A stretch of 56,281 nt of DNA from positions 21,321,570 to 21,377,850 of the forward strand of contig NC_068996.1 in NCBI RefSeq assembly GCF_001194135.2. The letters run 5' to 3'. The stretch is from Octopus bimaculoides. Taxonomy: Eukaryota. The translations under genes and the position numbers were made by a program. Every line of letters starts with the position of its first letter. Position 1 is the stretch's first letter. This document shows, piece by piece, positions 35,764 to 48,791 of this stretch. A model generated the notes under the pieces. That model searched no databases and was not told where the DNA came from. It worked only from the letters and a program-made list of their open reading frames with translations.

Positions 35764-35995
35764 GCACGCATGCACGCACACACACGCACGCACACACATA
35801 CACACACTCACACACACGAGCATGAATACATTCACAACAGGCTTCTTTCAGTTTTTGTTTACCAAATCCAGTCACAAAGGTTTGGTCAGTCCAAAGCTAT
35901 AGTAGAAGACACACACCCAAGGTGCCATGCAGTGAGACTGAACCTAAAACCATGTTGTTGAGAAGTAAACTTCTTATTACATACTGACACATGCA
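35495..35995 (-). mobile_element. Composite SINE: family-2 head, (TG)n, RTE-type tail B
   Basis: Head 35845-35995 matches 55095-55270; tail 35495-35715 ends like RTE 3' ends (gtgaacattaaa versus ggacgttaaa). Confidence 0.65.
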
Positions 35996-36737
35996 TCTCT
36001 TTCCTTAATCTAAATATAAATTTGTAAACCATTACCACTCTTCTTTAGCAATAGTGAATTTTGCTTTAGAAAGTATACAAGGGTGTTATTATTAATAGAA
36101 TATTATTAAAATATTTGAATGATTTTTCTTTTCTCCATTTGAATTTCTTAATCTTTCTTTCACCTAACAGATTCTTTTGGCTTTGATTCTTGTGATGTTC
36201 AGAATTCTCTTCTAATTTAGTTGGTTTGGCAGATGGGTACTGAACTTGGTAAAATTCATTGATTTGGTGTCATGGTGTAGCATTTTTATCTATGCATAGT
36301 CACACATAATCACCACATACAAGCTTATTTGATAGATTCTCATATGCACATACAGATATCGCAATGTTTGATAGATACACTATTTTTGTCAGTTTTAATA
36401 TATTTAACTATTCTCAGTTCATAAATGTGGCTTTCCATCTGAACTTTGCTTGCCTTATTGATCAAATGTATTGTTAGAGTCTCTTATTAGATTGGCTTTG
36501 TTGAACTTTTCAGGTGACTTGCTATCAATTATGGGAAAACTTCAATTTAATGTGTGAATCAAAAGGTCAGATAGCTTTAATATCTTCTGCACCTCAAGGA
36601 AGAAAGTGATGATGATGTATGTAAGTATGTAGGATGCATGTATATAAGTATGTATGTATGTATGTATGTATAAGTATAAGTATATGTATAAGTATATGTA
36701 TATATACATGCATACACATTTATATATATCTATCTAT

Positions 36738-36768
<31 letters not shown>

Positions 36769-36772
36769 TACA

Positions 36773-36820
<48 letters not shown>

Positions 36821-37123
36821 NNNNNNNNNNNNNNNNNNNNNNNNNNNNNNNNNNNNNNNNNNNNNNNNNNNNNNNNNNNNNNNNNNNNNNNNNNNNNNNN
36901 NNNNNNNNNNNNNNNNNNNNNNNNNNNNNNNNNNNNNNNNNNNNNNNNNNNNNNNNNNNNNNNNNNNNNNNNNNNNNNNNNNNNNNNNNNNNNNNNNNNN
37001 NNNNNNNNNNNNNNNNNNNNNNNNNNNNNNNNNNNNNNNNNNNNNNNNNNNNNNNNNNNNNNNNNNNNNNNNNNNNNNNNNNNNNNNNNNNNNNNNNNNN
37101 NNNNNNNNNNNNNNNNNNNNNNN

Positions 37124-37160
<37 letters not shown>

Positions 37161-37816
37161 TGTTGCCTAATTCAGACAGAAGGCTAACAACTTTATTAAA
37201 AGACTGAGGTGGCAGCCTATTACTTTGATAAACAAGAAGAATACTCTAGAAATAGCTTCGAATTTGGTTTTAAATCAAATAACTGGCCACCAATAAATAG
37301 GCTTTCACAACCTTTTGAGGCCAACCTTTCACAACCTGTAAGAAATATCAAATTCAGAAAATGCAACAGTCCCTTCTAACCAGAACTGAATGACATGAAT
37401 GAATAAATGAATAAATAAAAGCAAAATACATAGTTCGTGGAACATTCATGTGCACTCTAATTAAACTAAGAATCTATAGCAAATGGTCATGTTTTGAAAT
37501 CCATTACCAGCACTTATCAGAAAATATTTTGGAATACTTTCAACCAGATACACCCAGATGGCTAGAAAACTGCTTCCAAATTAAACATAGAGAGAGTGAA
37601 GTTATAGAGAGTAAAGCCATAATAAGTGAAGTCTCTTAAGCTTCTTAGCAGCTATATATTTTATTGATAGGCCATGAAATTCATTTTCATAATAATATTT
37701 CTATTGGACTTGCTAACCTATCTAAATTTGCTACAGATATTAGTGAACATACTTTCGAGATGATCTTACATTAGATTAAGGAGATTTTTCCTTTATTCTG
37801 TGGAACAACAAACAAA

Positions 37817-38415
37817 CAGTTCTATATCTAAGAGATGAGGAATTATATACATTATTTACATTATTTACAATTGACGGATATTTGTCCACATCTTGTTTGT
37901 TGTTAACACTAGATCTTGTAGGATTCTCTTTCTATCATCATCTCTGGTTATTTTCCTAAGTAATGAAGATAACCTCTCTTTCATTATTTAGTAATCGATC
38001 CTCTCATGGACGAGGGCATGTCCTGCCCTTTCTGCTACTCTTCTAGCTTTTTATGAATTCACTGGTGTTATTATATTCAAGCTAGGTGGTATTAGCTTTG
38101 AGTCTCTACATCTACACCGGAAAGTTAGATGGTTTGAAAGACAAGCCAGTTTTTGATAGAGTTTCTCTATATATCTCCACTGAAGTCTAATGTCGGCTCC
38201 GTACCGATTAGATAATACAGTTCTATATTTAGGAGATGAGGAATTATGTACATTATTTACATTATTTACAATTGACAGATATTTGTCCTCAACTTGTTTG
38301 ATGTTAACAAGATTTGTCCTTATCTTGTTTGGTGTTAACAACAGACAAGATGAGGACAAATATCCGTCAATTGTAAATAAATAATGTAAATAATGAACAA
38401 ACAAACAGTTATAAC
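37817..38415 (-). mobile_element. Penelope-like element 5' remnant with direct and inverted pseudo-LTR pieces
   Basis: RYGADIRLQWRYIEKLYQKLACLSNHLTFRCRCRDSKLIPPSLNIITPVNS*KARRVAERAGHALVHERI; 92-bp direct repeats 37817-37908 and 38218-38309; inverted copy 38333-38395. Confidence 0.75.
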
Positions 38416-38554
38416 TTGATATTAACAATATTATGCTTATACCTGTTAATACTCTCCTCTCCCTCTCTCTCCATCTCTCTTCCCCTCTCTCTCTCTATAT
38501 ATATGCATGTGTGTGTATGTATGTATGTATGTGTATATATATATATGTATATAT

Positions 38555-39880
38555 ATAGCAGTAATACCCATTGTTGATTGGGTAATTACTTTTACTTTTT
38601 CTTGGAAGCCACATTCAAAGTAATATTATATATATAATTTATTCCTCCTGTATGTGTGTATTTTATAAGAGAATAACATGTAATAATTGACGTAGAAAAA
38701 TGCTCAGTTTCATACACAAACTTCTGTTTGTTTATTATATGACAATAATAAGTGAGTTGTATATGTTATTTTATTTATGGCAATTATATAATACACTTCA
38801 TTTAGATAGGTAATTTACTCAATCTTGAATGTAATGATAGTAATGTTAAATTAAGTTATTGAAGTATTCATGTTGCATTAAGAGTGAATAAACAATGCCT
38901 TTTGTTTCGGGGTGCATATGCAAAAAGATTTGCTTTTGCTCTCACATGTGATGCTCCTACATAAAGTTGGCCATGTGAAAAGCATGGTTCTTCAAGCTGC
39001 AATACAGCAACTTTTAGTGTTTGGTCCTGACTTTTATTAATGCTCATAGCAAAAGAAACTCAGACAGGAAACTGCAACAGTTAAATTGGAATGGGACATT
39101 AGATGGTATAACTGGTATGTGAGGAATGAAGACGGTCTCACCTTTACCACAACTAGTGAGAATATTTGCCCCAATGCAGTTTCTCATGAGATTGTGTACA
39201 ATTAGTCTCGTACCATTGCATAATTTTGGTTGAGACAAATAACTCAATAGCATAATAGGAGTCCCTTTTTTCAGTTGAAGACAATGAGGAGCTGTACTTG
39301 GTAGTTCTAGTGAGTTCAAAACAACACTGTCAATTGAGTTATGAGTGAATACTTCCCTGGACGTTTGTTTAATAGCATATTATTAATGCTATTTACAACA
39401 ACATTTTTTGGATCCAGGATTGCTCATTTACAGATCCAATGTGTATTGTTGTAATTATGAAGAAGATTTAGGAAAATTTCAGCCACCAAATCATCAACGG
39501 AATCAGCTGAATTACATATTGGATTGAGTGTAGGAAACTGTTCTTCATCAATTGCAACTCTCCCTTCACCAAGTTTCAAATGCTGCTCTACAAATAGTTC
39601 AGCTGACTGATCTCTTGAAAGCCTTGATCTCATATTTGTCGAAAGGTGAAGTATTTTCATGTGGTGCCATAATACAGAAGATTTTATTGAAGCATTGAGC
39701 TCATCCACTTTTGTTCCTCTTGGAACAATTGGTAGTGTTTGTTGGAAGTCTCCTGACAATAATACTGTGACATTTCCCATCAACGAATTACAATTTTTAA
39801 TGTCTTGTAATGTTCTGTCCACAGCTTCAAAAGATGATAGATTGCAACATTAGGGGATTATGCTCATTTTATCAACAGTG
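38555..39880 (-). mobile_element. Helitron 3' portion with Pif1-family helicase remnant and 3' hairpin terminus
   Basis: [66 protein letters not shown]; hairpin taccca/tgggta (38565-38584) followed by ctgCTAT. Confidence 0.9.
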
Positions 39881-39884
39881 CAAA

Positions 39885-40530
39885 GGATCCAACTGGTTTC
39901 CTTGGACATTTCCCAACCCAGGATGAATGTTGGGTTCATCACTTTGGGCTAGAAACAAAGAGACAATCAATGCAGAGGAAACACTCTTCCTCACCTGCTT
40001 CAAAGAAGGCCAAGGTCACTTCATTTGTAAAGAAGTTGATGGCTTTTGTTTTTTTCTGATGCAAAAGACATTGTGTTTATTGACTATCTTCAAGAGGGCC
40101 ACATCATCAATGGAGAGTACTATGCCAACTTGCTGAGGCAGTTAAGAAAGGCTATCAAGACCAAATGCCCAGGAAAAATGATTGAAGGGGTCTTGTTTTA
40201 TCAAGACAATTTCTGGTTTCAATGGCTGCTGTGTATGACTGCTTTTGAGATGGTTGATCACCCTCCCTGCTCTCTTGATTTGGCTCTAGCTGACTATCAT
40301 TTGTTCTCCAACACGAAAAAATGCTTGGCTGGGAACCAGTATTGTAATGCAGTGATGATAATGTCATATCTGCTAATGATGACCTTTTTTCATCAACACA
40401 TGAATGAGATTCAAACACTACAACACCAATGGAAGAAGTATGTGTACTGCAAGGGGGACTATGTTGAAAAATAAACCTCATTTGGTCACACTTCATGAGA
40501 ATGTCTTGGTCAGCTTATTAGATTTTTAGC
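39885..40530 (+). mobile_element. Mariner transposase remnant (catalytic region), internally deleted
   Basis: TQDECWVHHFGLETKRQSMQ, FIDYLQEGHIINGEYYANLL, FYQDN, HPPCSLDLALADYHLF, KGDYVEK*. Confidence 0.85.
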
Positions 40531-40719
40531 TGGTATGTATATGACCAGATGCCCTTCCTGTTACCAATCTTCACCTGTTTCCAAGCAAGGTAATATTTTT
40601 CCTCATGACCACATGTCTTGGTAGATTGGAAATGAAAGACTGCTATCATGACAGCGACACCAGCTTACAACTATTGCAAAATATCAAGAAAAGGAGACAG
40701 TAACATATACACACAAACA

Positions 40720-40753
<34 letters not shown>

Positions 40754-40793
40754 TGCATGCATGCATGCATGCATGCGTGCATGAATGCATACA

Positions 40794-40826
<33 letters not shown>

Positions 40827-40899
40827 GCAGGCATACATATATACATACATATTGGGTCATCCCATAAATAATGCAGTTTTTTTTGTTGCATGAATTAAA

Positions 40900-43800
40900 A
40901 GTTAGAGGGGGACGGGATAAACTACCTGCATTAACTTATCAGTCTAGTGGGAACATAAGCCGGGTTGATTACCTCCTCACAAGGCAACATGATAGGCTGA
41001 TGTTCACAAATATGAAGTCTTTCCCAGGTGAAGAGTGTACACCCCAACACAGGCTACTAGTTTGTGACTTCAGAACTAAGGCTAGAAAGGAAGAAAATGG
41101 AAGCTCAAAGACCCAGCAAACCAACAAAAATTTAGAGACATTCTACTGGAAGCCTCTGATTATAGATAGGAGAAGGAGGAAAGAACATATAGCTTAGAGG
41201 ACAACTGGAAGTTCCTGCGGGACAGTTTACTGGGAACCTCTGACCAAAACTGTGGCTGGTGCAAAGTCCCAGCTAAGCCAAGGGTGACATGGTGGTAGAA
41301 GAAGGAGGTGGACAGTGCTATAAAAACAAACAGACATGCCTGGAAAGACTGGAAAAATGGTGGAAGTGGAGCATTATATCAGGGAGCCAGAAAGGAGGCA
41401 AGGCAACAGGTTTACAGAGCAAAAGGAAGAGCAGAATGTAAGAAGTTTACCAATATTCTATAACATGAGAGATAAAGCAATGTATCAGAAATGTGGTAGG
41501 TTAGAAATGTGTGCAAATGGATAATGATATGCTTTCGCTTAGTGACTCAGAGAAGAAAGATGCGTAGGGATACCATTATGGAAGGAGAATGATTGGGAGC
41601 AGGAGAGTCTATCAAATATTGAACCAGTTGAGGTACCAGCCATCAGAGTTGATAGCAGTATAATAGATAAGGCAATTAAGAGTATGAAGACTGGGAAAGC
41701 CCCTGGACCATCAGCTATCACTGCCAAGATGATTAAAATATCAAGCAGTGTGGGATACAGCCTAGTCACTTACATAGTTAATCAGGTTATTCAGGAAGGC
41801 ATCATTCCCAACAAATGGTGTAGTAGCATTATAGTTAGCTGCTACAAGGATAAAAGTGATACCTTCGATAGAAACAACTACAGAGGTATCAAACTGCTGG
41901 ACCAGATCATGAAAATTACAGAGAGAGTTATATCAACTGGTTAGAGATAGAATTAAACTAGATGAGAAGCAGTTCAGTTTTGTTCCAGGGAGAAGTACCA
42001 GAGATGCCATCTTCCTAGTGCAAGAAAAGTATTTGATCAAAAGTAAACCAATGTACTTAGCCTTTGTTGACCTGGAGAAAGCTTTCAACAGAGTTCTCTG
42101 CTCTCTTATCTGGTGGTCTCTAAGGAAGCTAGGAGTAGAGGAGTGACTTGTTAAAATCATTCGAGCCATGTACAGTGATTCTGTCAGTAAGGTGAGAGTT
42201 GGCTCTGAATACAGTGATGAATTTAGCATAGAAGTTGGTGTTCACCAAGGATCAGTTCTTAGTCCACTCTTATCCATCATAGTTCTCCAGGCCATAACAA
42301 AAGAATTCAAAACCGGATGCCCATAGGAACTGCTATATGTTGATGACTCTGCTCTTATTGCAGAATTGGAGAAGTTCTGGGCTTGGAAGCAAAACCTGAA
42401 ATTAAAGGGCCTTACAGTTAACTTGTCATTAGCAAGAAAGCAGATAAGACTTTCTTTTCATCAGGTAAATGGCCCCTTTTAATATGTTGGAAAGGAGTGA
42501 GAAGTAATTCCATTTGCTCCACCAAGTGTAAACAACAGACACATAAGAAATGCAACGGAATTGCAGGTAGGTTAACAGATAAGGTTGCTTTTGTGTGTGG
42601 TAGATGCTCAGGACCAATAAGCATTAAGAGCCCAAGGGACTTAGACTCTATCAAATGCCCAGGAGGCTCTCTTGAGGTAGTAGATAGTTTCTGCTGTTTA
42701 GGTGATCAAATTAGTAATGGTGGTGAATGCTCTGAAAGTATTGTTTCTAGAATAAGAATAGGATGGAGGAAGATCAGAGAACTACTACCTCTGATGGCAA
42801 CAAAAGGACTTTCTATCAGAGTGGAAAGGTAGATTGTATGATGCTTGTGTGAGAATGGCTATATTACATGGTAGTGGATATGGGCTCTAAATGTGGAGGA
42901 CATGCATACACTGGAGACAGTGTGCATGACTGACAGAGTGTAACTGTGTTGAGAGAAAAGATAGGCATAAGAGGGATTACATGTTACATGCAGGAGAGGA
43001 GAATGTGTCAGTTTGGACATGTAATGTGTATGAGTAAAGTCAGCTGTATAAAGAAGTGCCTGTCACTAAAAGTGGATGGTACCTGTGGAAGAAGGAGACC
43101 CAGGAAGACATGGGATGAAGTGGTGAGGTCTGATCTTAGAATGTTGGGGTTCTTAGAGGAAATAACAATGGACCGAGATGTTTGGCAATATGAGATTCTA
43201 GAGAAGACCCACCCATATCAGCGAAACTGAGTGCTAGAAACATTGTGTCCCACCCACATGTAACAACAAACTTTTCACACACCCTACCCCAAGAAACTAA
43301 ACTACATCACCTCTTCTAAACTGCATCTTATTCTCTTCTTCACATTTCCTCTTCATAAACTATAATTGTCTTCCAATTCCCTTCCATACCCCCACTGCCC
43401 TGCTCACTGTATCACAGCTTTCCCCTACTCCATTTTTCTACCCAGGTTTTTGCAGGTAACTGCAATCTCCTTTTCCTACTTGTGCCTTCTTGGCAATACC
43501 TGACCACATATATTGTGACCTCCATACCTCTCTCTCCCTTACTCTGCCATTATATCTGTACTCTGGTCCTTGTTACTTGTGAGTATACCCTGGCACTTCT
43601 CTTGCACTTTTGCAGTTTCTCACTCTATTTTTCCGTTGCTCTTCCTTCTGGCTGGGTGGCCACGTATCTCCTCTATAGCAGCACACCTGTTACTGGCCTC
43701 AATCTTGATCACTCTATCTTTCTCCTTCTCTTGCTTTTCCTCTGACTGGGTAACCAGGTATCTCCTTTATGTCAACACACCTCTTTCAGTCTTCTTTCAT

Positions 43801-44175
43801 GTACTTCACTCTCCCTCACTTTCTCTCTTCCTCTCTCTTCTTCTCCCTATCCCTCTTTTTCTCCCCCTCCACCTCTCTCTTGCTGGGTGGCCATGTGCCT
43901 CCTCTGTAGCAGGACACTTGTATCTGCCTCTTTATTGCTCTGTCACACTCTAGCCTTTCATCATCTGACATTGGTTCACCACCTCCACTGCTCACTCCAA
44001 TGCTCCAGTCCACACTGTAAAGTGGATGGCATTTGAAACGGTATCCAGCCATAAAATCCCTGCCAAAACAGTCACAGTAGCCTGGGATGGTTTTCTACCT
44101 GGCCAGCTCCTGTCCTGTCAATGTCCTACCCATGCATGCATGGAAGACAGATGTTAAACAATGATGATGATGATA
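40900..44175 (+). mobile_element. RTE-clade LINE, longest copy (end of endonuclease, RT, CT-rich 3' UTR, (ATG)n tail)
   Basis: RVDYLL..QHRLLV, MKTGKAPGPS, NNYRGIKLLD, FVDLEKAF, GVHQGSVLSPLL, ELLYVDD, RPRKTWDEVV; multiple stops. That 43250-44020 is its 3' UTR is inferred from position. Confidence 0.9.
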
Positions 44176-44213
44176 CATACATACATACATACATACATAC
44201 ATACATACATACA

Positions 44214-44247
<34 letters not shown>

Positions 44248-44429
44248 NNNNNNNNNNNNNNNNNNNNNNNNNNNNNNNNNNNNNNNNNNNNNNNNNNNNN
44301 NNNNNNNNNNNNNNNNTATATATATATATATATATATATATGGATGCCACTATCATGACAGTGACACTCGCTTGCAACTATTGCACAATATCATGGAAAG
44401 GAGACAGTAACACATACACATAAACAAGA

Positions 44430-45260
44430 GCATAGCTGCTAGAATAAGAATAGGTTAGTCAAAGTTTGGAGAGCTCCTACTTCTGTAGGTTACAAGAGGC
44501 CTCTCCCTCAGAGTAAAAGGCAGACTAAATGATGCCTGTGTGCAAACAGCCATGCTACTGGCAGTGAAACATGGGCTGTGACTGCTGAGGACATGTGTAG
44601 GTTTGAAAGAAATGAAGCTAGTATGCTTTGCTCAATGTGCAATGTCAGTATGCATGTACAACAGAGTGTAAACATCTTGAGAGAAAAGTTGGGCATAAGA
44701 GGCATCAGATGTGGTGTGCAAGAGAGATAACTGCACACCACATCTGGTCATGTGGTGCATATGAATGTGGATAGTTGTGTGAAGCAGTGCCAATCTCTAC
44801 CAATGGAAGGAAGCTGTAGAAGAGGGCGACCCAGGAAGACATGGGATGAAGTAGTGAGACACGACCTTTGAACGTTGGGTCTCACAGAGGCAATGACAAA
44901 AGAGACCGAAATCTTTGGAGATATGCTGTGATTGAGAAGACCCAGCAAATCAAATGAAATCATAGTTCTAGCCGTTGTTGGTGTCATGTAACTGGCACCC
45001 ATGTCGGTGGCACGTAAGAAGCATCTTTTGAGTGTTGGGCCTCACAGAGGTAATGAAAAATGACTGAGACATTAGGTAATATGCTGTGCTTGAGAAGGTA
45101 GACCCATCAAACCAAGTGAAATTGTAGTTGTGACAGATATTGATGTCATGCAACTATTACTCTTGCAGGTGGCACATAAAAACACACATTATACTTCTGG
45201 AGTGGTTGGCATTAGGAAGGGCATCCAGCCACAGAAACCATGCCAAATTAGAAGGGAGTC
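44430..45260 (+). mobile_element. RTE 3' fragment
   Basis: Homologous to 11430-12420 (gtaaaaggcagac...ggcgacccaggaagacatggg...aagggcatccagc). Confidence 0.8.
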
Positions 45261-45265
45261 TGGTA

Positions 45266-45400
45266 CAGGCTTCTTTCAATTTCCATCTATCAAATCCACT
45301 CATAAGGCTATAGTATAACACATTTGCCAAAGGTGCCATACAATGAAACAGAAATTGAAACCATGTGGTTGGTAAGCAAACTTCTTACCCAACAGCCATG
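45266..45400 (-). mobile_element. Family-2 SINE head
   Basis: ggcttctttcaatttcc...aaggtgccatac...ccatgtggttggtaagcaaacttcttacc. Confidence 0.7.
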
Positions 45401-46011
45401 TACGTATGTGTGTGTGTGTGTGTACATGAGTGCACATGTGTGTGTGTATATGAGTGTGCATGCACATGTATGTGCATGTGTGTGTGTCTGTGTGTGTCTG
45501 TGTGTGTCTCTGTGTGTGTGTATGTGTGTGTGTGTGTGTGTGTGCGTGCATGTGTGTGTGTGTGTGTACATACCTATACATACATTTGCTGTGAAATTTG
45601 CTTTGGGTTAGAATTCAGGTTTAACAAGAGGTTAATGAGTTCAGAAAAAAAGACAATTTCAAGACTGTTGTTAGAAATGCTACGCTTGCCACATGTATTT
45701 TGAATTAAGCATAGACTTACATTAACATTCTGTAATCTACAAGTGGTGATGATTTGAGAAAAATCAATAAAATTATTTATATGTGATACGACACAGCTAA
45801 ACATATTGTGAATATGTAAATATATTTCAATTTGTGATGGATGTTTTTGGTTAAAGCCAAACCAAGATTATTTTAGCTTATATAATTATTACAGATGAAG
45901 ACAAATGCTTTATAGGTAAATGATACTCTTTTACAATTATTTTTGCAGCTGGATCCTATTCCTATCTCTAAATATACATCTCTGAAATTAGGTTAATCAG
46001 TGTTGTTATTA

Positions 46012-46050
<39 letters not shown>

Positions 46051-46353
46051 CACCATTTAACGTCCACTTTCTCATGATTGCATGGGTCAGATGGAATTTG
46101 TTGAAGTAGGTCTTCTATGGCTGAATACCCTTCTTTTGCCAACCCTCACATGTTTCCAAGGAAGGTAATATGTTTCCCATAGCTAGATGTATTTTTCACA
46201 GAGGACTGGAAACAAATAACCTTGCTTGTATGATGATGATGATGATGATGCTCATTTACAAGTATCACATGATGCCTAGACATAAGTAAACAGAAACACA
46301 TACGCACACACATGCGTGCATCACATCACACACACACATGCATGCATACAGAT

Positions 46354-46592
46354 ATTCTGTATATCTTACTCAACATGGTTATACTGCAATAACGCCATAA
46401 TACCGCAATATTCATCTTGAGAAAAAAATCACACATTGATGCATATTTGCTAAAAAGCACAGAAGCATCTCTACTGTTGATACTTCTGTGCTTTTTAACA
46501 CTATTCATTTTTATGAGATGCTTTCTCGAGATGAATATTACTATGTTGTGGCTTTTTCAAAATATATCCACATTAAGTAAGCTATACAGAAT
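46354..46592. mobile_element. Fold-back (palindromic) MITE-like element, 239 bp
   Basis: Diverged inverted arms of about 115 bp from attctgtata/tatacagaat inwards to aaaaagcacagaagcatc/gatacttctgtgcttttt; 9-nt loop at 46470-46478. Confidence 0.75.
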
Positions 46593-46648
46593 GCTATTTT
46601 GCATTAATACTGCTTCGATTGTTAATAATGGATTTTTATTCAACTTGT

Positions 46649-46687
<39 letters not shown>

Positions 46688-47869
46688 NNNNNNNNNNNNN
46701 NNNNNNNNNNNNNNNNNNNNNNNNNNNNNNNNNNNNNNNNNNNNNNNNNNNNNNNNNNNNNNNNNNNNNNNNNNNNNNNNNNNNNNNNNNNNNNNNNNNN
46801 NNNNNNNNNNNNNNNNNNNNNNNNNNNNNNNNNNNNNNNNNNNNNNNNNNNNNNNNNNNNNNNNNNNNNNNNNNNNNNNNNNNNNNNNNNNNNNNNNNNN
46901 NNNNNNNNNNNNNNNNNNNNNNNNATATATATATATATAATGTCATTAATATGTAAGTTTTGAACCTGTAACTATGTAGGCCAGAGCTTGCTATTGTGCT
47001 TCACCAACCCTATTTCATCAATAATTGCAAGTTTTACAAATTAAATGAAACAAAATTAACCTAAAAAGATAGAGTGATGCCCAAAGTCTTTGAGGCCCTC
47101 CTGGGTCAGTGAAGTCAAAGCAGTTGTTAAGTTATTCAGCATGACTGAATGGTTTTGATTTGCAGGCTGAATTCCATTCTGTAATATCATAGTTATATGT
47201 CTTTTACAATATCCTGGAGTTGGCTTTATCCTTGTGAGTGAAACTGAATAGAAGGAAACTGTGAAGAGGCCTGTTGGATTGACTGTAGCTGTAATTCAGA
47301 GATCTAACTTCATTCTCTGTGTTATAATGACTTGAGGATTACTTTCAGAACTTTGCTTGTTTCTTGGCAAAAAGGATTTGGATAAGCAGTGATTAGTGTT
47401 TGTAAGACATGGTAAGGATATCAAGGAGAAAAACGGATCTAGGAGGTAAGATTTATTATATGTGATATTACAGTCTGCAGCTGAGAATTTCATGTAGTTT
47501 CTCAGGTTATCATTTTGTGGATTTAACCCTTTAGCTAGGTGCGGTGCCAGAAATTTTTCAAAAGTAAGGCACAGGATCAGAAGGGAATACAATTCCAGGA
47601 GAAAAGGACATGATAACATTATTTAGGAGGATACACTTCTTTGCTTGAGGGGGTACATGCCCCATCAGACCCTTCATTGGGTCCACTCCTGTTTAGCATT
47701 CAGATTACTGTCAAATATAATGCTTATTTATTCACATTGTTTTGAATTGATCATGTATCATTTCATAGCTTTGGGATTTCGATGATATGATTATATATTT
47801 TCAGAATGACATGTTAAGGTATGTGTGAGAGGCCAGATATGGCCAGATTGAATGTGAAGGGATTAAGGA

Positions 47870-48420
47870 TTAGCTTATAGACAACTCCACTGGAAAATCA
47901 GAATCCCTGCTGTGAACAGTTGGTTTGATTTTGGCAGTTGTCAGTGAGTGGCTGGGAAAAATTTGCAAAGCTGTATGCATTTTTCTATTTCCTGAGGTAG
48001 CACACAAGAGGAAGAGTTGTTTAATTATTAAGACAATGCTCCTGGCTATATTCCTAGAGACATCTAATATGAATGGAAGATTAGAACTGGTTATATTCAA
48101 TATCTCAGTGATTGTTCCTGGAGATCCAGCTGCTTTCTCTGTTTTTATTATATTTAATTGTGCTTTCAATCATCAGTCATCAACATCAGTAGCTGGTCTC
48201 TTTGTTGTGTCTACATGGAATACATCTTCTCTTTGTCATATATACTCTATATTCAGCAATCTCTCACAGTACCATTTTCACACTGTTGTTTTTCTCAATG
48301 TCAGGGACACCCACCCCATCTTACCTCATGTACCCAGAACATATCTGCTTGCCCCTGCTCTGATATTTTTATAAACCCTCCAGACCTACCTTTCATCATG
48401 CCAATGTTGGTGGTGGCAGC
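47870..48420 (-). mobile_element. Very degraded RTE fragment
   Basis: IKTEKAAGSPGTITEIL resembles MKTGKAPGPSAITAKM of the 41684 copy. Confidence 0.5.
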
Positions 48421-48791
48421 TCTGAAGTTTTGTACCTGACTGAAGTCTTAGGTTCCTGTTGAGGATAAAATAAAAGTTTAATGGGAAATAAAACTGTAAA
48501 CATGTCAACCTAATCCCAGAGAGGGAGGTTAGGAAGTACTTTGTGCCATTTAATTCATCTGAGGACATTTAGGTGCAATACTGCAATATGAGAATTACTG
48601 CATATGTGCTAGTAAAAAAAATAAATAACTTTTTTTAGCAAACACTAATAAAAATACAATCAATTTTTTTCTAATAAGAATTAATTATTTGGTAATTAAC
48701 AAACATTATTTTGTCATTAATACTAATATTTTTATATAGAAATAAACAAAATATGAGATTTTGAGTGCTTTTAAACAGAAATTTTTTTATA

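Noticed and set aside
36514-36565. Possible 52-nt exon VTCYQLWENFNLMCESK
   Set aside because: AG/GT boundaries are plausible, but such short open segments arise by chance in 56 kb.
47296-47619. 107-aa minus-strand ORF
   Set aside because: No motif I can recognise; flanked by decayed repeats.
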